This document shows positions 1 to 9,947 of a stretch of DNA of 15,450 nt, piece after piece. The stretch is from Fidelibacterota bacterium (lineage in GTDB: Bacteria; Fidelibacterota; Marinisomatia; Marinisomatales; TCS56), in contig JBDRBK010000180.1 in the NCBI GenBank assembly GCA_043822705.1, positions 1 through 15,450 on the forward strand, given 5' to 3'. Numbering within the stretch: the first letter of the stretch is position 1; each line of letters begins with the position of its first letter. The notes beneath the pieces are model-generated. The model worked only from the letters and a program-made list of their open reading frames with translations, was not told where the DNA came from and did not search any database. A program made the translations under genes and the position numbers.

Positions 1-446
1 CCTTCAGCAAGGCCCGCGCCCTGGCCGGCGCCCGCCTGGGGATGGCATTTGCCCAGCCGGCGGTGATTGACCTGCTGAACCGGATCAAACCGCCGTATAA
101 CATCAACCAGTTGACCCAAAAAGCCGCCCTGGATTGTCTGGTGCAGACCGAGCGGTTCCGGACCCAGGTGGCGGAAATCGTGGAGGAACGGGGTAAATTA
201 AGTGCGGTGCTGGCGGGGCTGCCGCTGGTCACAAAGGTCTTTCCGTCGGCAGCTAATTTTGTACTAGTGCGGTTTCGTGATCCGTACCTGGTTTATCGCC
301 GACTGACTGAGCAGGGAACAATATTGCGGGACCGATCCGCCGCCGTAGCTGGCTGCCTGCGGATCACGGTCGGAACGCCCGCTGAAAATTTGAAATTAAT
401 CGAACAGCTAAAGCGGATCGAAAATGAAGAAAATCCTGTTTATTGA
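1..446 (+). CDS. hisC: Histidinol-phosphate aminotransferase, C-terminal part (5' truncated by the window edge)
   Basis: The frame is open from position 3 and reads [13 protein letters not shown], the PLP-lysine motif of class I/II aminotransferases. It continues with [14 protein letters not shown] and [12 protein letters not shown]. It lies directly upstream of hisB and overlaps it by 23 nt. Confidence 0.95.
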   Translation, partial: FSKARALAGARLGMAFAQPAVIDLLNRIKPPYNINQLTQKAALDCLVQTERFRTQVAEIVEERGKLSAVLAGLPLVTKVFPSAANFVLVRFRDPYLVYRRLTEQGTILRDRSAAVAGCLRITVGTPAENLKLIEQLKRIENEENPVY

Positions 447-1509
447 CCGCGACGGCACGATTATCAGCGAGCCGCCGGATGAACAAGTCGACAGCTTCGA
501 CAAGTTCCAATTCCTCCCTGGCGCCATCACCAACCTGGCCCGGATCGCCCGCGAGTTGGATTACCAACTGGTGCTGGTGACCAACCAGGACGGTCTCGGC
601 ACGGCCGCGTTTCCAGAGGATACCTTCTGGCCGGTGCAGAATAAAATGCTGGCAATTCTGGCCGGGGAAGGCGTGCGGTTTGCCGAAGTGCTGATCGACC
701 GCTCGTTTCCGGCCGACAACCGGCCCACCCGAAAACCGGGAATCGCCCTGCTGACGCACTACCTGCAGGGTGCTTACGATCTGGCTGCGTCTTTCACGAT
801 CGGCGATCGCGCCACCGATGTTGAACTGGCCCGCAACCTGGGCTGCCAGGCGATCCGGCTGGCCACCATACCGGATCCGAGCGCCGATTTTACCGCTGCC
901 GGCTGGGCGGAAATTTACCGGTATTTGCAGGGACAATCCCGCATCGGCCGGGTGGAGCGCCGGACCGGCGAAACAGCGATCACGGTTGAAGTCAATCTGG
1001 ATGGTTCCGGTCAATCACTAATCAGCACCGGGCTGGGATTTTTCGATCACATGCTGGAGCAACTGGCCCGCCACGGCAACCTGGACCTGACCGTCGATGT
1101 GAAGGGTGATTTGCAGGTCGACGAGCATCACACCGTGGAAGATACCGCCCTGGCCCTGGGGCAGGCCTTCGATCAGGCTCTGGGCAGCCGCAAAGGGATC
1201 GAACGTTACGGTTTTCTGCTGCCGATGGATGACTGCCTGGCCCAGGTGGCCATCGATTTCGGCGGCCGGCCCTGGCTGGAATGGACGGCTGAATTCAAAC
1301 GAGAAAAAATCGGCGACCTGCCCACGGAAATGTTCCGCCACTTTTTCAAATCATTCAGCGACGCTGCCCGCTGTAACCTGAATATTTCCGCCAGCGGCAC
1401 CAACGAACATCACAAGATCGAGGCCATTTTCAAGGCCTGGGCGCGGGCCATCAGAATGGCGGTCGCTAAAACCGGCGGCAACCTGCCCAGCACCAAGGGT
1501 GTGCTGTGA
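424..1509 (+). CDS. hisB: Bifunctional histidinol-phosphatase / imidazoleglycerol-phosphate dehydratase (HisNB fusion)
   Basis: N-terminal HAD domain (FIDRDGT, VTNQDG, RKP, IGDR). C-terminal IGPD domain ([40 protein letters not shown]). Confidence 0.97.
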   Translation: MKKILFIDRDGTIISEPPDEQVDSFDKFQFLPGAITNLARIARELDYQLVLVTNQDGLGTAAFPEDTFWPVQNKMLAILAGEGVRFAEVLIDRSFPADNRPTRKPGIALLTHYLQGAYDLAASFTIGDRATDVELARNLGCQAIRLATIPDPSADFTAAGWAEIYRYLQGQSRIGRVERRTGETAITVEVNLDGSGQSLISTGLGFFDHMLEQLARHGNLDLTVDVKGDLQVDEHHTVEDTALALGQAFDQALGSRKGIERYGFLLPMDDCLAQVAIDFGGRPWLEWTAEFKREKIGDLPTEMFRHFFKSFSDAARCNLNISASGTNEHHKIEAIFKAWARAIRMAVAKTGGNLPSTKGVL

Positions 1510-2084
1510 TCGCGATCCTGAAATATAACGCCGGCAACATCCGTTCGGTGGCCAACGCTCTGAACCGGCTGGGGGTGGAATCGATCCTGACCGACGATCC
1601 GGACGTCCTGAACCGGGCCGATAAAGTGATTTTCCCCGGCGTGGGCGAAGCCGGCAGCGCCATGACCTACCTGCAAGCAAGGGGGCTGAATACGGTACTC
1701 AAACAATTGACGCAACCAGTCCTCGGAATCTGTCTGGGATTGCAGTTGCTGGGACGCCATTCCGAGGAAGGGGACACATCGGGTATCGGCATTTTCGCCG
1801 AACGGGTGCGGAAGTTCCCCCCCGGCGCCAAAGTGCCGCACATGGGCTGGAATAATTTCACTACCATCCGGGGCCCCCTTTTTGACGGCATCGCCGCGGA
1901 TGAGGACCTGTACTTCGTCCACAGCTACTACCTGGAAACCGGGCCCGACACGACCGCCGTCACCGAATATCAACTACCCTTCAGCGCCGCGGTGCAGAAG
2001 GATAATTTCCACGCCGTCCAGTTTCACCCGGAAAAATCGGCCGCCGTGGGTCAACGATTATTAAGGAATTTTCTGTCATTATGA
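1506..2084 (+). CDS. hisH: Imidazole glycerol phosphate synthase, glutamine amidotransferase subunit
   Basis: Motifs GNIRSV, FPGVG, GICLGLQ (catalytic Cys), VPHMGWN, YFVHSY and QFHPEKS. The GTG start overlaps the hisB stop (GTGA). Confidence 0.97.
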   Translation: MIAILKYNAGNIRSVANALNRLGVESILTDDPDVLNRADKVIFPGVGEAGSAMTYLQARGLNTVLKQLTQPVLGICLGLQLLGRHSEEGDTSGIGIFAERVRKFPPGAKVPHMGWNNFTTIRGPLFDGIAADEDLYFVHSYYLETGPDTTAVTEYQLPFSAAVQKDNFHAVQFHPEKSAAVGQRLLRNFLSL

Positions 2085-2797
2085 GAATCATCCCCGCCAT
2101 CGACATCATCGACGGCCAATGCGTACGCCTGACCCGGGGCGATTATGCCAGTAAAAAAGTGTACAACGCCGACCCGCTGGAAGTGGCCAAGTCCTACGAG
2201 GCGGCCGGAATCACCTGCCTGCACCTGGTGGACCTGGACGGCGCCCGCGACCGGCGGATCGTCAACTGGCCGGTGCTGGAAAAAATCGCGCGTAACACCG
2301 GACTGCAAATCGATTTCGGCGGCGGAATCAACAGCACCGAAGATTTAAGTATCGCCTTCGAAGCCGGCGCCCGGCAGGTCACCGGCGGCAGCGTAGCCGC
2401 CCGTAACCAGGAGCTGTTCCTGGAATGGCTGACAACCTTCGGTCCCGAAAAAATCATTCTGGGGGCCGACGCCCGAAACGGCCAAATCGCCACTGACGGC
2501 TGGCGCCGGTCCACGGCGATCGACCTGGTGGACTTCGTCGCCGGCTACCGGCAGCAGGGAATCGAATATGCAATCTGCACCGATATTGCCCGCGACGGCG
2601 CTTTCAGCGGCCCCGCCATGGAACTCTATCGCACTATCATAGCCCGGAGCCCGGGATTGAAACTGGTAGCCAGCGGCGGCATGACGACCATGACGGATAT
2701 TCGTGATCTGGAACCGCTCGGTGTGGATGGTGTCATCATCGGCAAGGCAATCTATGAAAACCGGATCACCCTAGCGGAATTGAGCGAATTATGCTGA
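2081..2797 (+). CDS. hisA: ProFAR isomerase
   Basis: Motifs [44 protein letters not shown] and [12 protein letters not shown] overlap with hisH. Confidence 0.97.
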   Translation: MRIIPAIDIIDGQCVRLTRGDYASKKVYNADPLEVAKSYEAAGITCLHLVDLDGARDRRIVNWPVLEKIARNTGLQIDFGGGINSTEDLSIAFEAGARQVTGGSVAARNQELFLEWLTTFGPEKIILGADARNGQIATDGWRRSTAIDLVDFVAGYRQQGIEYAICTDIARDGAFSGPAMELYRTIIARSPGLKLVASGGMTTMTDIRDLEPLGVDGVIIGKAIYENRITLAELSELC

Positions 2798-3543
2798 AAA
2801 AAAGGATCATACCTTGCCTCGACATCCGTGACGGCCGGACGGTGAAAGGGGTAAATTTCGTCAATATCCGTGATGCCGGCGATCCGGTGGAACTGGCCCG
2901 CGCCTACGTGGACCAGGGTGCCGACGAACTGGTTTTCCTGGACATCACCGCCACCGTGGAGAAGCGGCGTACCTTCGCAACCCTTGTAGAACGGATCGCT
3001 CGTGAAATCGATATTCCGTTCACGGTGGGCGGCGGCATCAATTCCGTGGCCGATGTAGCCCGGCTGCTGGCGGCCGGCGCCGACAAGGTCAGCATCAATT
3101 CGGCGGCGGTGGCCCGGCCGGAACTGATCAACGAACTGGCCGGGCAATTCGGCCGGCAGTGCGTGGTGCTGGCGATCGACACCAATCTGGTTGGCGGCGA
3201 ATGGCTGGTGTACGTCCACGGCGGACGAACGGCCACAACGATTAAAACAATTGAATGGGCCACCGCAGCGGAAGCGCGCGGCGCCGGCGAGATTCTGCTC
3301 ACATCGATGGTCAATGACGGCACCAAGAACGGTTTCGCCATTGACATCACCAATCAGGTCTGCCGGGTGGTAAATATACCGGTGATCGCTTCCGGCGGCG
3401 CGGGCACCCCGGATCATTTCGCAGCCGTGTTCCGGCAAACCGGCGCCGACGCCGCCCTAGCGGCCAGTATCTTCCATTTCGGCGAAGTGCCGATTCCGGA
3501 TTTGAAAAATTACCTCAGAACTCAAAACATAGCAGTGCGATGA
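2791..3543 (+). CDS. hisF: Imidazole glycerol phosphate synthase, cyclase subunit
   Basis: Motifs [63 protein letters not shown] and ALAASIFH. Confidence 0.98.
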   Translation: MLKKRIIPCLDIRDGRTVKGVNFVNIRDAGDPVELARAYVDQGADELVFLDITATVEKRRTFATLVERIAREIDIPFTVGGGINSVADVARLLAAGADKVSINSAAVARPELINELAGQFGRQCVVLAIDTNLVGGEWLVYVHGGRTATTIKTIEWATAAEARGAGEILLTSMVNDGTKNGFAIDITNQVCRVVNIPVIASGGAGTPDHFAAVFRQTGADAALAASIFHFGEVPIPDLKNYLRTQNIAVR

Positions 3544-4124
3544 AAATAGATTTCGAAAAAATGAACGGCCTGGTACCGGCCATAGTGCAGGACAGTGTGA
3601 CCAATCAGGTGTTGATGGTGGGTTACATGAATCAGGCCGCCATCGATGAAACCCGGCGCAGCGGCAAAGTGACTTTTTACAGCCGCAGCAAGGGCCGGCT
3701 GTGGACCAAGGGTGAAACATCAGGTAATTATCTGCTGCTGAAGGATATTCTGGCCGACTGCGATGGTGATGCCCTGTTGGTAAAGGCCGAACCGCTGGGT
3801 CCCGTCTGTCACAGCGGCAGCGCCACCTGTTTCAATGAAAATTCCACCAGCGGCTTTCTCTACCGGCTGGAGCAGATCATCGCCGACCGGCAGCGGAACC
3901 CCACGCCAGAATCATACACCAGCAAACTGCTTTCCGCCGGGACCGGGAAAATCGCCCAAAAGGTTGGTGAAGAGGCGGTTGAACTGATTGTCGAGGCGTT
4001 GGGGGATAATGATGAATTGTTCGTCAATGAGGCCGCCGACCTGCTGTATCATTTACTGGTACTGCTGAATGACCGGGGGCTGCGGCTAGTCGATGTGGAA
4101 CGGGAATTACTGCGGCGGCACTGA
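3540..4124 (+). CDS. hisIE: Bifunctional phosphoribosyl-AMP cyclohydrolase / phosphoribosyl-ATP pyrophosphatase
   Basis: HisI motifs [25 protein letters not shown] and CHSGSATCF. HisE motifs [14 protein letters not shown] and [12 protein letters not shown] overlap with hisF. Confidence 0.97.
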   Translation: MKIDFEKMNGLVPAIVQDSVTNQVLMVGYMNQAAIDETRRSGKVTFYSRSKGRLWTKGETSGNYLLLKDILADCDGDALLVKAEPLGPVCHSGSATCFNENSTSGFLYRLEQIIADRQRNPTPESYTSKLLSAGTGKIAQKVGEEAVELIVEALGDNDELFVNEAADLLYHLLVLLNDRGLRLVDVERELLRRH

Positions 4125-5300
4125 TTATCGGGGAAATTTCAGACGTGCTATTTTAGTGTAAACCGACTGCGTAATTGACTGCTGGAACTTTGCTACTTCC
4201 CCTGGCTGGGGCGGACTGGCATGCCAGCGCTTTAATTGCTTTTCCGTCTTTTTAAATACCCAGTTCTGGATTTGATCGGTCTGCTGCTGCACATGGAGCA
4301 GGCGGGCGGCGTTGATGTATTCGGGGCGGGCGGTGTCGGGATAGACAAAGGCCTTCAATTCCTGAAAGACCAGATTCAGCGGTGCCCCACTGTCGCCATC
4401 CAGCAGTGACGGAACTTCACCGGCCAGAACCCACAACGGAATTGCTACTGAAACCGCCGGTTCGCCCAGGGTGATCCAGTAGGTAGTCAGGCACGGATCT
4501 TCGCCGTCCAAAACACTTTCGAAAATCGAACAGGATACGGTGCGGTGACGGTTCACCGTGCCACCGGTGGGGAACAGGGCCGTATCGGCCGCGGTGGGAT
4601 CGATCGTGGCAATATTGCGGGTCACGATAGAAACCAGGTAGGGCACCCTCAATTTTTTTATGGCCGCCCTGACATTGGCCAGGTCGACGGCATTTTTAAA
4701 GCGGCCGTGGCCGTAGGCCTCCTGGTTATAGCCGTGTTCGGCGAAATTGGCGCGGGCCATAAATCCGCTGGGGCAGACCGCTTCATCGCCGGCATCGAAC
4801 CGGAAATACTCGTGGTTGCCGGTCTCGAAAAAGGTCGCCGTACCGGCGGCGTCGATGACGCCGAAATTGCTGGTGACACCGCGACCGGCCAGATCGGTCT
4901 GCTGCAACAATTCTTCAAAATCGGCCACCGACCTGCACTGCAACAGGGCCGCTTTTATGAAATAGCCTTCTTCGTCATAAACCGTAGCCTCATTGGGCCG
5001 GGCCATATCCCGGGCTTCGGCATTCATGACGGCGAAACCGAAATTGTTGACGCCGGCCCAGATCTGGGTGGTGTCGTCAGCATTTATCACGCCGATCAAC
5101 TGGAATTCACCGCGATCCAGAAACACCATTTCATTGTTGCGGAAACTGGAGTCGCGATTCTTCCAGAGCAGGCAGCGACCGTCGGGCGTGGCCTTGCCGG
5201 CAGCCAGTCCGGTGGTGCAGGCAGCAGCCGGGATTAATTGCAGGACAAAAATTACCGACAGGATATAAAAGCTGTTGCTGCGAATGGACCGGATCATCAA
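4125..5300 (-). CDS. Secreted N-terminal-nucleophile (Cys) hydrolase, C45/C69-like (acyltransferase/carcinine hydrolase-like); substrate unknown
   Basis: A signal peptide ending AAA is followed by CTTGLAAGKATPDGRCLLWKNRD, typical of the Cys-Ntn hydrolase N-terminus. Also WAGVNNFGFAVMN and NFGVID. AAGGA lies upstream of TTG(5300)/ATG(5297), so the start is ambiguous. Confidence 0.75.
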   Translation of the reverse strand: MMIRSIRSNSFYILSVIFVLQLIPAAACTTGLAAGKATPDGRCLLWKNRDSSFRNNEMVFLDRGEFQLIGVINADDTTQIWAGVNNFGFAVMNAEARDMARPNEATVYDEEGYFIKAALLQCRSVADFEELLQQTDLAGRGVTSNFGVIDAAGTATFFETGNHEYFRFDAGDEAVCPSGFMARANFAEHGYNQEAYGHGRFKNAVDLANVRAAIKKLRVPYLVSIVTRNIATIDPTAADTALFPTGGTVNRHRTVSCSIFESVLDGEDPCLTTYWITLGEPAVSVAIPLWVLAGEVPSLLDGDSGAPLNLVFQELKAFVYPDTARPEYINAARLLHVQQQTDQIQNWVFKKTEKQLKRWHASPPQPGEVAKFQQSITQSVYTKIARLKFPR

Positions 5301-5390
5301 TCAAATTCCTTGAATAGCGGTTGGTGGCGGTTTCGAATGGCAGAAAATTACATTGAATTGGATGAATCAAAAAACCAACTATAGCCACAG

Positions 5391-7669
5391 TCAAACCAGC
5401 AGGTTCAGGGCGCCGCCGATGCGGTAAACGGCAAAGGCCAGCAGCCAGGCCAGCGTCAGCGAATAGAATATGGAAAAAAGGTATAGCCCCAGCTACCGGT
5501 TTCGCGGCGGATCACCGCCACCGTCGCCAGGCAGGGCGTGTACAACAGGGTAAACACCAGAAAGGCCAGGGCCACCAGGGGCGTCATGCCGGAGTGCCGC
5601 AGGCTGGCGATGATGCCGCGGCTTTCTGCCGTGGCGTCGGCGCCGACGCCAAACAGTACACCGTAGGTAGATACCACAATTTCTTTGGCGACGAAGCCGG
5701 TTACCAGGGCCACGCTTTCACGCCAGGAAAAACCCAGCGGCGCCAGCACCGGTTCAATTGTTTTCCCCAGCCGACCGATCCATTTCCGCTCCATCGTTTC
5801 CGCCATTCGCTGGTAGCGCAAGTGTTCCAATAATGAATCACGATCAGCGATTATATTTTCATGCAGCTCCGATTTTTTCTCTCGCAGCAGCTGGTATTCA
5901 CCGCTCTCCTCAAAGGGGACCAGAACCGATTGATAATGCTGGCGCGCGGCAGCCAGGGACTGTGCGAAACGTGACTCAATTTCCGCTTGCCCGGCTAATG
6001 ACTGCTGCTGAATTCCGGCGGCGATGGTGTTGTAATCTCTGGACAACACAACATCCTGCGGGAAATACCCCAGGGCCCAGATCAGGATCGAGCCGCTGAG
6101 GATCACCGTGCCCATCTTGCGGATGAAAATGATGCCACGCTCCCCGGTATGCAGCAATAGCGAGCGGGCCGTGGGCAACTGGTAGGGTGGCAATTCCATG
6201 ACGAATGGCTGAGATTGCCCGGCCAGAATCGTCCGGCTGAAGATTCGCCCCGAACCAATGGCCACCAGGATTCCCAGGGCGTACATGGCGAAAATGATCG
6301 TGCCGGCCTGTTGCGGAAAGAACGCCCCCGCTACCAGCACATAAACCGGGAAGCGGGCCGAACAGCTCATAAACGGATTGATCAGAATCGACAGAATCCG
6401 GTCGCGGCGGGTCTCCAGAATCCGCGTGCCCATGATTGCCGGCACATTACAGCCGAATCCCATAATCATGGGCACGAAAGCTTTGCCGTGGAGTCCCAGC
6501 GAATGCATCACCCGGTCCATGATGAAAGCCACTCGGGCCATGTAACCGCTGTCCTCCAGCAGGGCGATGATGAAAAACAAAATGAAGATATTAGGCAGAA
6601 AAACGGCAATCGCCCCCACGCCGCCGATGGCGCCGTCCACGATTAAGCTGGTCAGCATACCGGACGGCAGCAGCGTCGTTAATGCTGACATGAGCCAGGC
6701 TACCCCGGCGTCGATCCAGCCCATGGGGTAGGCGCCCACCGAATAGGTCAGCTGGAACATCAGCCACAGCATGGCGCCGAAGAACGGCAGCCCCAGCCAT
6801 TTGTGCGTCAGCACTTTATCGATTCGGCGGCTGTAATCAACGGGCGCAACCTGCGTCTCGCGCAGGCACTCCCGCAGGGCGCCCTGCACAAACGCATAAC
6901 GCGCCTTACTGATGATAGCCCGGCTGGTGTCGCCGTAGATCGCCTCGATCCGTTCGGAAGCAGCGGCGATCTGCTCCAATAGTGGACCCGCCCCCTCGAT
7001 ATTTTGCAGTTTCGCGGTGGATGTTTTGTCCCGTTCCAGCAGCTTAACGGCGCGCCAGCGTTGACGCCCGCGGGCCTCACCCAATCGTTCCAGCTCGGTA
7101 CTGATTTTATCGATTTCATCCTCAACTTCGCGGGGATAGGGAATCTGCAGCCGACGTTTTTCCCGAGCGCCGTCAGCCACCCGGGCGATCATTTTCTTCA
7201 GCTCGGGAATGCCCGCACCAGTGCGTCCCACCACCTTTACCACCGGCGCTCCCAGCAGGATTCCCAGCGTTTCGGCATCGATCTGGTAGCCTTTTTCGTC
7301 GGCCATATCCATCATGTTCAGCACTACCACCAGCGGCGCGCCCAGTTCAATCAACTGGGTCGTCAGATAGAGGTTGCGGCTAAGGTTGGAGGCATCCAGG
7401 ATATTGACCACCACATCGGGATGCTCGTCGATGATATAGGATCGTGCTATCGTTTCTTCAATCGAATAGGAGGCCAGCGAGTAGGTGCCCGGCAGATCGA
7501 CCACATTATAGGAAACCCGGTCATGGATCAAACGACCCTCTTTGCGCTCGACCGTCACGCCGGGCCAGTTGCCCACATGCTGATGGGCGCCGGTGAGGGC
7601 ATTGAAAAGCGTTGTTTTGCCGCTGTTGGGATTGCCGGCCAGGGCGATATTTTTACCGTAATCGTTCAA
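5391..7669 (-). CDS. feoB: Ferrous iron transporter FeoB, with an apparent 1-nt deletion frameshift at 5474-5479 (as sequenced, the ORF stops at 5456)
   Basis: GTPase motifs [21 protein letters not shown] and NMMD. Membrane motifs [30 protein letters not shown] and LYTPC. The typical final TM helix ([20 protein letters not shown]) is in the shifted frame, ending TGA at 5391. The TTG start overlaps the feoA stop (TTGA). Confidence 0.95.
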
Positions 7670-7965
7670 TTACCGATTCGTTCCACAGTGATTTTTTCGG
7701 CGTCGCGGACCCGTAGCACCAGATGATAACCTTTTAAAATTATTTCAATCGGGTCCTGTAGCGGGGCATACTTGCTGACTTCGATCGTTTCACCAGCCAG
7801 CAGTCCCATCTCCATCAATCGGATGCGGAAATGCTCGCTGCCGCCCACTTCCACAATCCGGGCGTGGTCACCGGCCTGCAAGTCGCTGAGGCAGAGCGCC
7901 CCGGGCTGCCAGTGCCGCCGACGGCGCTGGCGACTGAAGCCAAAACCGAAATTTCCAAATCGCAT
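7666..7965 (-). CDS. feoA: FeoA SH3-like protein with a basic/aromatic N-terminal extension
   Basis: [15 protein letters not shown]...[10 protein letters not shown]...[23 protein letters not shown] is the FeoA signature. Coupled to feoB. The exact start is uncertain. Confidence 0.9.
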   Translation of the reverse strand: MRFGNFGFGFSRQRRRRHWQPGALCLSDLQAGDHARIVEVGGSEHFRIRLMEMGLLAGETIEVSKYAPLQDPIEIILKGYHLVLRVRDAEKITVERIGN

Positions 7966-7981
7966 TGCCGTGAACCTGCGG

Positions 7982-9808
7982 TTACAGATCGATAATCAGG
8001 ATTTGCTTACGGCCGTCGCGCAGCACTTCCACGCTGATCCGCTGCCCGACCTTGAATTCGGCCAGGCGGTGCATATATTCGTAAATGTCGCCCACCGGTC
8101 GCCCTTCCATGGCAACGATGATATCGCCCTTCCGGATTCCCGCCAAGGCTGCCGGCCGGTTAGGCATCACCAGATCCACCCGCATCCCGGTGATTCCAAC
8201 AGCAGCATGGTCGGGCATTACACCCAGTGATACTTTGAACCGGCGCCGGTAGCTATCACGGGTTTTTGGTCCCGCCTCCTGGAATACCAAAGTGGTCGGC
8301 CGGTCGGCAATTTCCCCGGCCAGATCGGCAATAAAATCGGCGATCTGTTTTTCGCCGGCATAGTTCAGAAATTCGGCGTCATCGGCCGGGGTGTGATAGC
8401 GGTCGTGGGCGCCGGTGAAAAAGAACAGCACCGGAATATCCTTGGAGTAAAACGCGGCATGATCGGAGGGACCGTAGCCTTCCGGTGAAAGGCTGGTCCG
8501 CAGTCCGTGGCACTCGGCTTGGGCCACTAATATATCCTGCAGACCGGCGGCGGTGCCGGTGCCCCCGACACTGATTACGACGGTATCAAGACTAGCGTTA
8601 CCCAGCATGTCCAGATTGAACATGGCGGTAATTCGGTCCAGCGGGACCGGTGGCTCATTGGTAAATTGCTTGGATCCCAGCAGACCCATTTCCTCGGCCG
8701 CGAAGGCGGCGAACACGATGCTGCGTTTCAGCGGCGGACGTCTCTTCGCCAGAACACTGGCGATCTCCAACAGGGCCGCCACTCCGGAGGCATTATCGTC
8801 GGCGCCATTGTGAATGGCGCTGGTATCCGGCCGCCGCGAACCGGAACCCGGTCCGCCCATTCCCAGATGATCGTAGTGCGCACCCAGCACGATAAATTCA
8901 TCCTTCAGGACCGGATCGCTGCCCGGCAGGATGGCCAGCACGTTTTGTGTTCTCGCCTCGGTTTTGACGATTTCGGCCCAGGCCGTCAGATCAGTACCCA
9001 AGTCGAAAGCGGCCAGTGACTGCCCGTCATTTAATTTTTGTTCCAGTTCGGCCACCGTTACACCCCGTAGCGCCAGCAGGCTGTCAGCCAGCGACCGGGT
9101 GATCTGCAGGACCGGCAACCCCAATGATCGCTGTTGGCCCTCGTAATACAGGTCGATCAGCTCATCATTTTCGTCGAACACCGGGCCGGAGACGAAAATT
9201 ACACCGGCGGCGCCCCGGTCGCGGGCGCTGAGCGCCTTGTCGCGCAGGGAACTGAACGGCAGATAGGGACTGTCGGAATTGTCCGGTTCAGGGTCGCCGC
9301 GCAGTAGCAGCACCCAGCGCCCGCTGACATCGACCGCTTCGTAGTCCCTGCGGGTCAGGCTGTCGGTGCTGAAATCGAATCCGTATCCGGCAAAGGTAAC
9401 GTCGGCCACCAGCTCGGCGTTTTCACTGAAGGCCAGGGAAGTAAAATTCTCACCAGCCCGGCCCACGATATTACCAAAAGTCAGATAATTGTTAGCCCCT
9501 GGCGTAAGTGCTGTCACGACCTGAAACGGTTGAAAACCAGCCTGCGCCAGTGGTTCGAGCCCGGCTGCATCGAATTGCCGCCGGATATACTCCGCCGCCA
9601 GTTTGTCGCCGGCACTGCCCGGTTTGCGACCCTGCAACGCATCACTGGCCAGGTAGGTCACGTGTTCCTGCAAACGCTTGCCTGAAATGCCGCCCGGTTT
9701 CGTCTGCGGCAGCGGCAAACAGGAACAGGTCAGCAGGCCGGCCAGACCTGCGGTTAATAAAAATCGTGAATAATGTCTTTGAAATAATATTCTGGTTGCG
9801 GCGCTCAT
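7982..9808 (-). CDS. M28 family zinc aminopeptidase with PA and C-terminal PDZ domains, probable lipoprotein
   Basis: M28 motifs YLASDALQGR, GAHYDHLG, NGADDNASG, FAAEEMGLLGS, NLDMLG, SDH and YHTPADD. PA insert (FAGYG...DY..VDV.GR.VL). PDZ (LGVMPD...PAALAGIRKGDII). Hydrophobic N-terminus ending LLTCSC. Confidence 0.9.
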   Translation of the reverse strand: MSAATRILFQRHYSRFLLTAGLAGLLTCSCLPLPQTKPGGISGKRLQEHVTYLASDALQGRKPGSAGDKLAAEYIRRQFDAAGLEPLAQAGFQPFQVVTALTPGANNYLTFGNIVGRAGENFTSLAFSENAELVADVTFAGYGFDFSTDSLTRRDYEAVDVSGRWVLLLRGDPEPDNSDSPYLPFSSLRDKALSARDRGAAGVIFVSGPVFDENDELIDLYYEGQQRSLGLPVLQITRSLADSLLALRGVTVAELEQKLNDGQSLAAFDLGTDLTAWAEIVKTEARTQNVLAILPGSDPVLKDEFIVLGAHYDHLGMGGPGSGSRRPDTSAIHNGADDNASGVAALLEIASVLAKRRPPLKRSIVFAAFAAEEMGLLGSKQFTNEPPVPLDRITAMFNLDMLGNASLDTVVISVGGTGTAAGLQDILVAQAECHGLRTSLSPEGYGPSDHAAFYSKDIPVLFFFTGAHDRYHTPADDAEFLNYAGEKQIADFIADLAGEIADRPTTLVFQEAGPKTRDSYRRRFKVSLGVMPDHAAVGITGMRVDLVMPNRPAALAGIRKGDIIVAMEGRPVGDIYEYMHRLAEFKVGQRISVEVLRDGRKQILIIDL

Positions 9809-9883
9809 AGCTGATACTTCCGAAATAATCCGTCCACGTTGGTCCTCAATTTAACCGGCAGCGGCATGACTAACAATCGTAAA

Positions 9884-9898
9884 TGAGACCTGGTCTCA
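9884..9898. promoter_or_regulatory. Perfect 7-1-7 palindrome TGAGACC-T-GGTCTCA, candidate repressor operator
   Basis: The inverted repeat is directly visible, with A/T-rich flanks. It lies just downstream of a putative promoter and upstream of the peptidase-feoA-feoB genes. Confidence 0.55.
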
Positions 9899-9910
9899 AA
9901 ATAGCCTGGT

Positions 9911-9942
9911 CAAATGTAAATCAGGATTTCCTTATCCGACAA
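9911..9942 (-). promoter_or_regulatory. Putative promoter for the M28 peptidase-feoAB unit
   Basis: TTGTCG-18 nt-TACATT(TG) on the - strand. The downstream element also fits TAnnTTTG. Confidence 0.45.
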
Positions 9943-9947
9943 TCGTT

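Noticed and set aside
4125..5300. Functional link between the carcinine-hydrolase-like protein and histidine biosynthesis
   Set aside because: It is on the opposite strand and secreted, and the family label does not establish the substrate.
5470..5483. Programmed -1 frameshift or phase variation in feoB
   Set aside because: There is no X XXY YYZ heptamer in frame, and a 6-7 nt run is short for phase variation. An error or simple mutation is more parsimonious.
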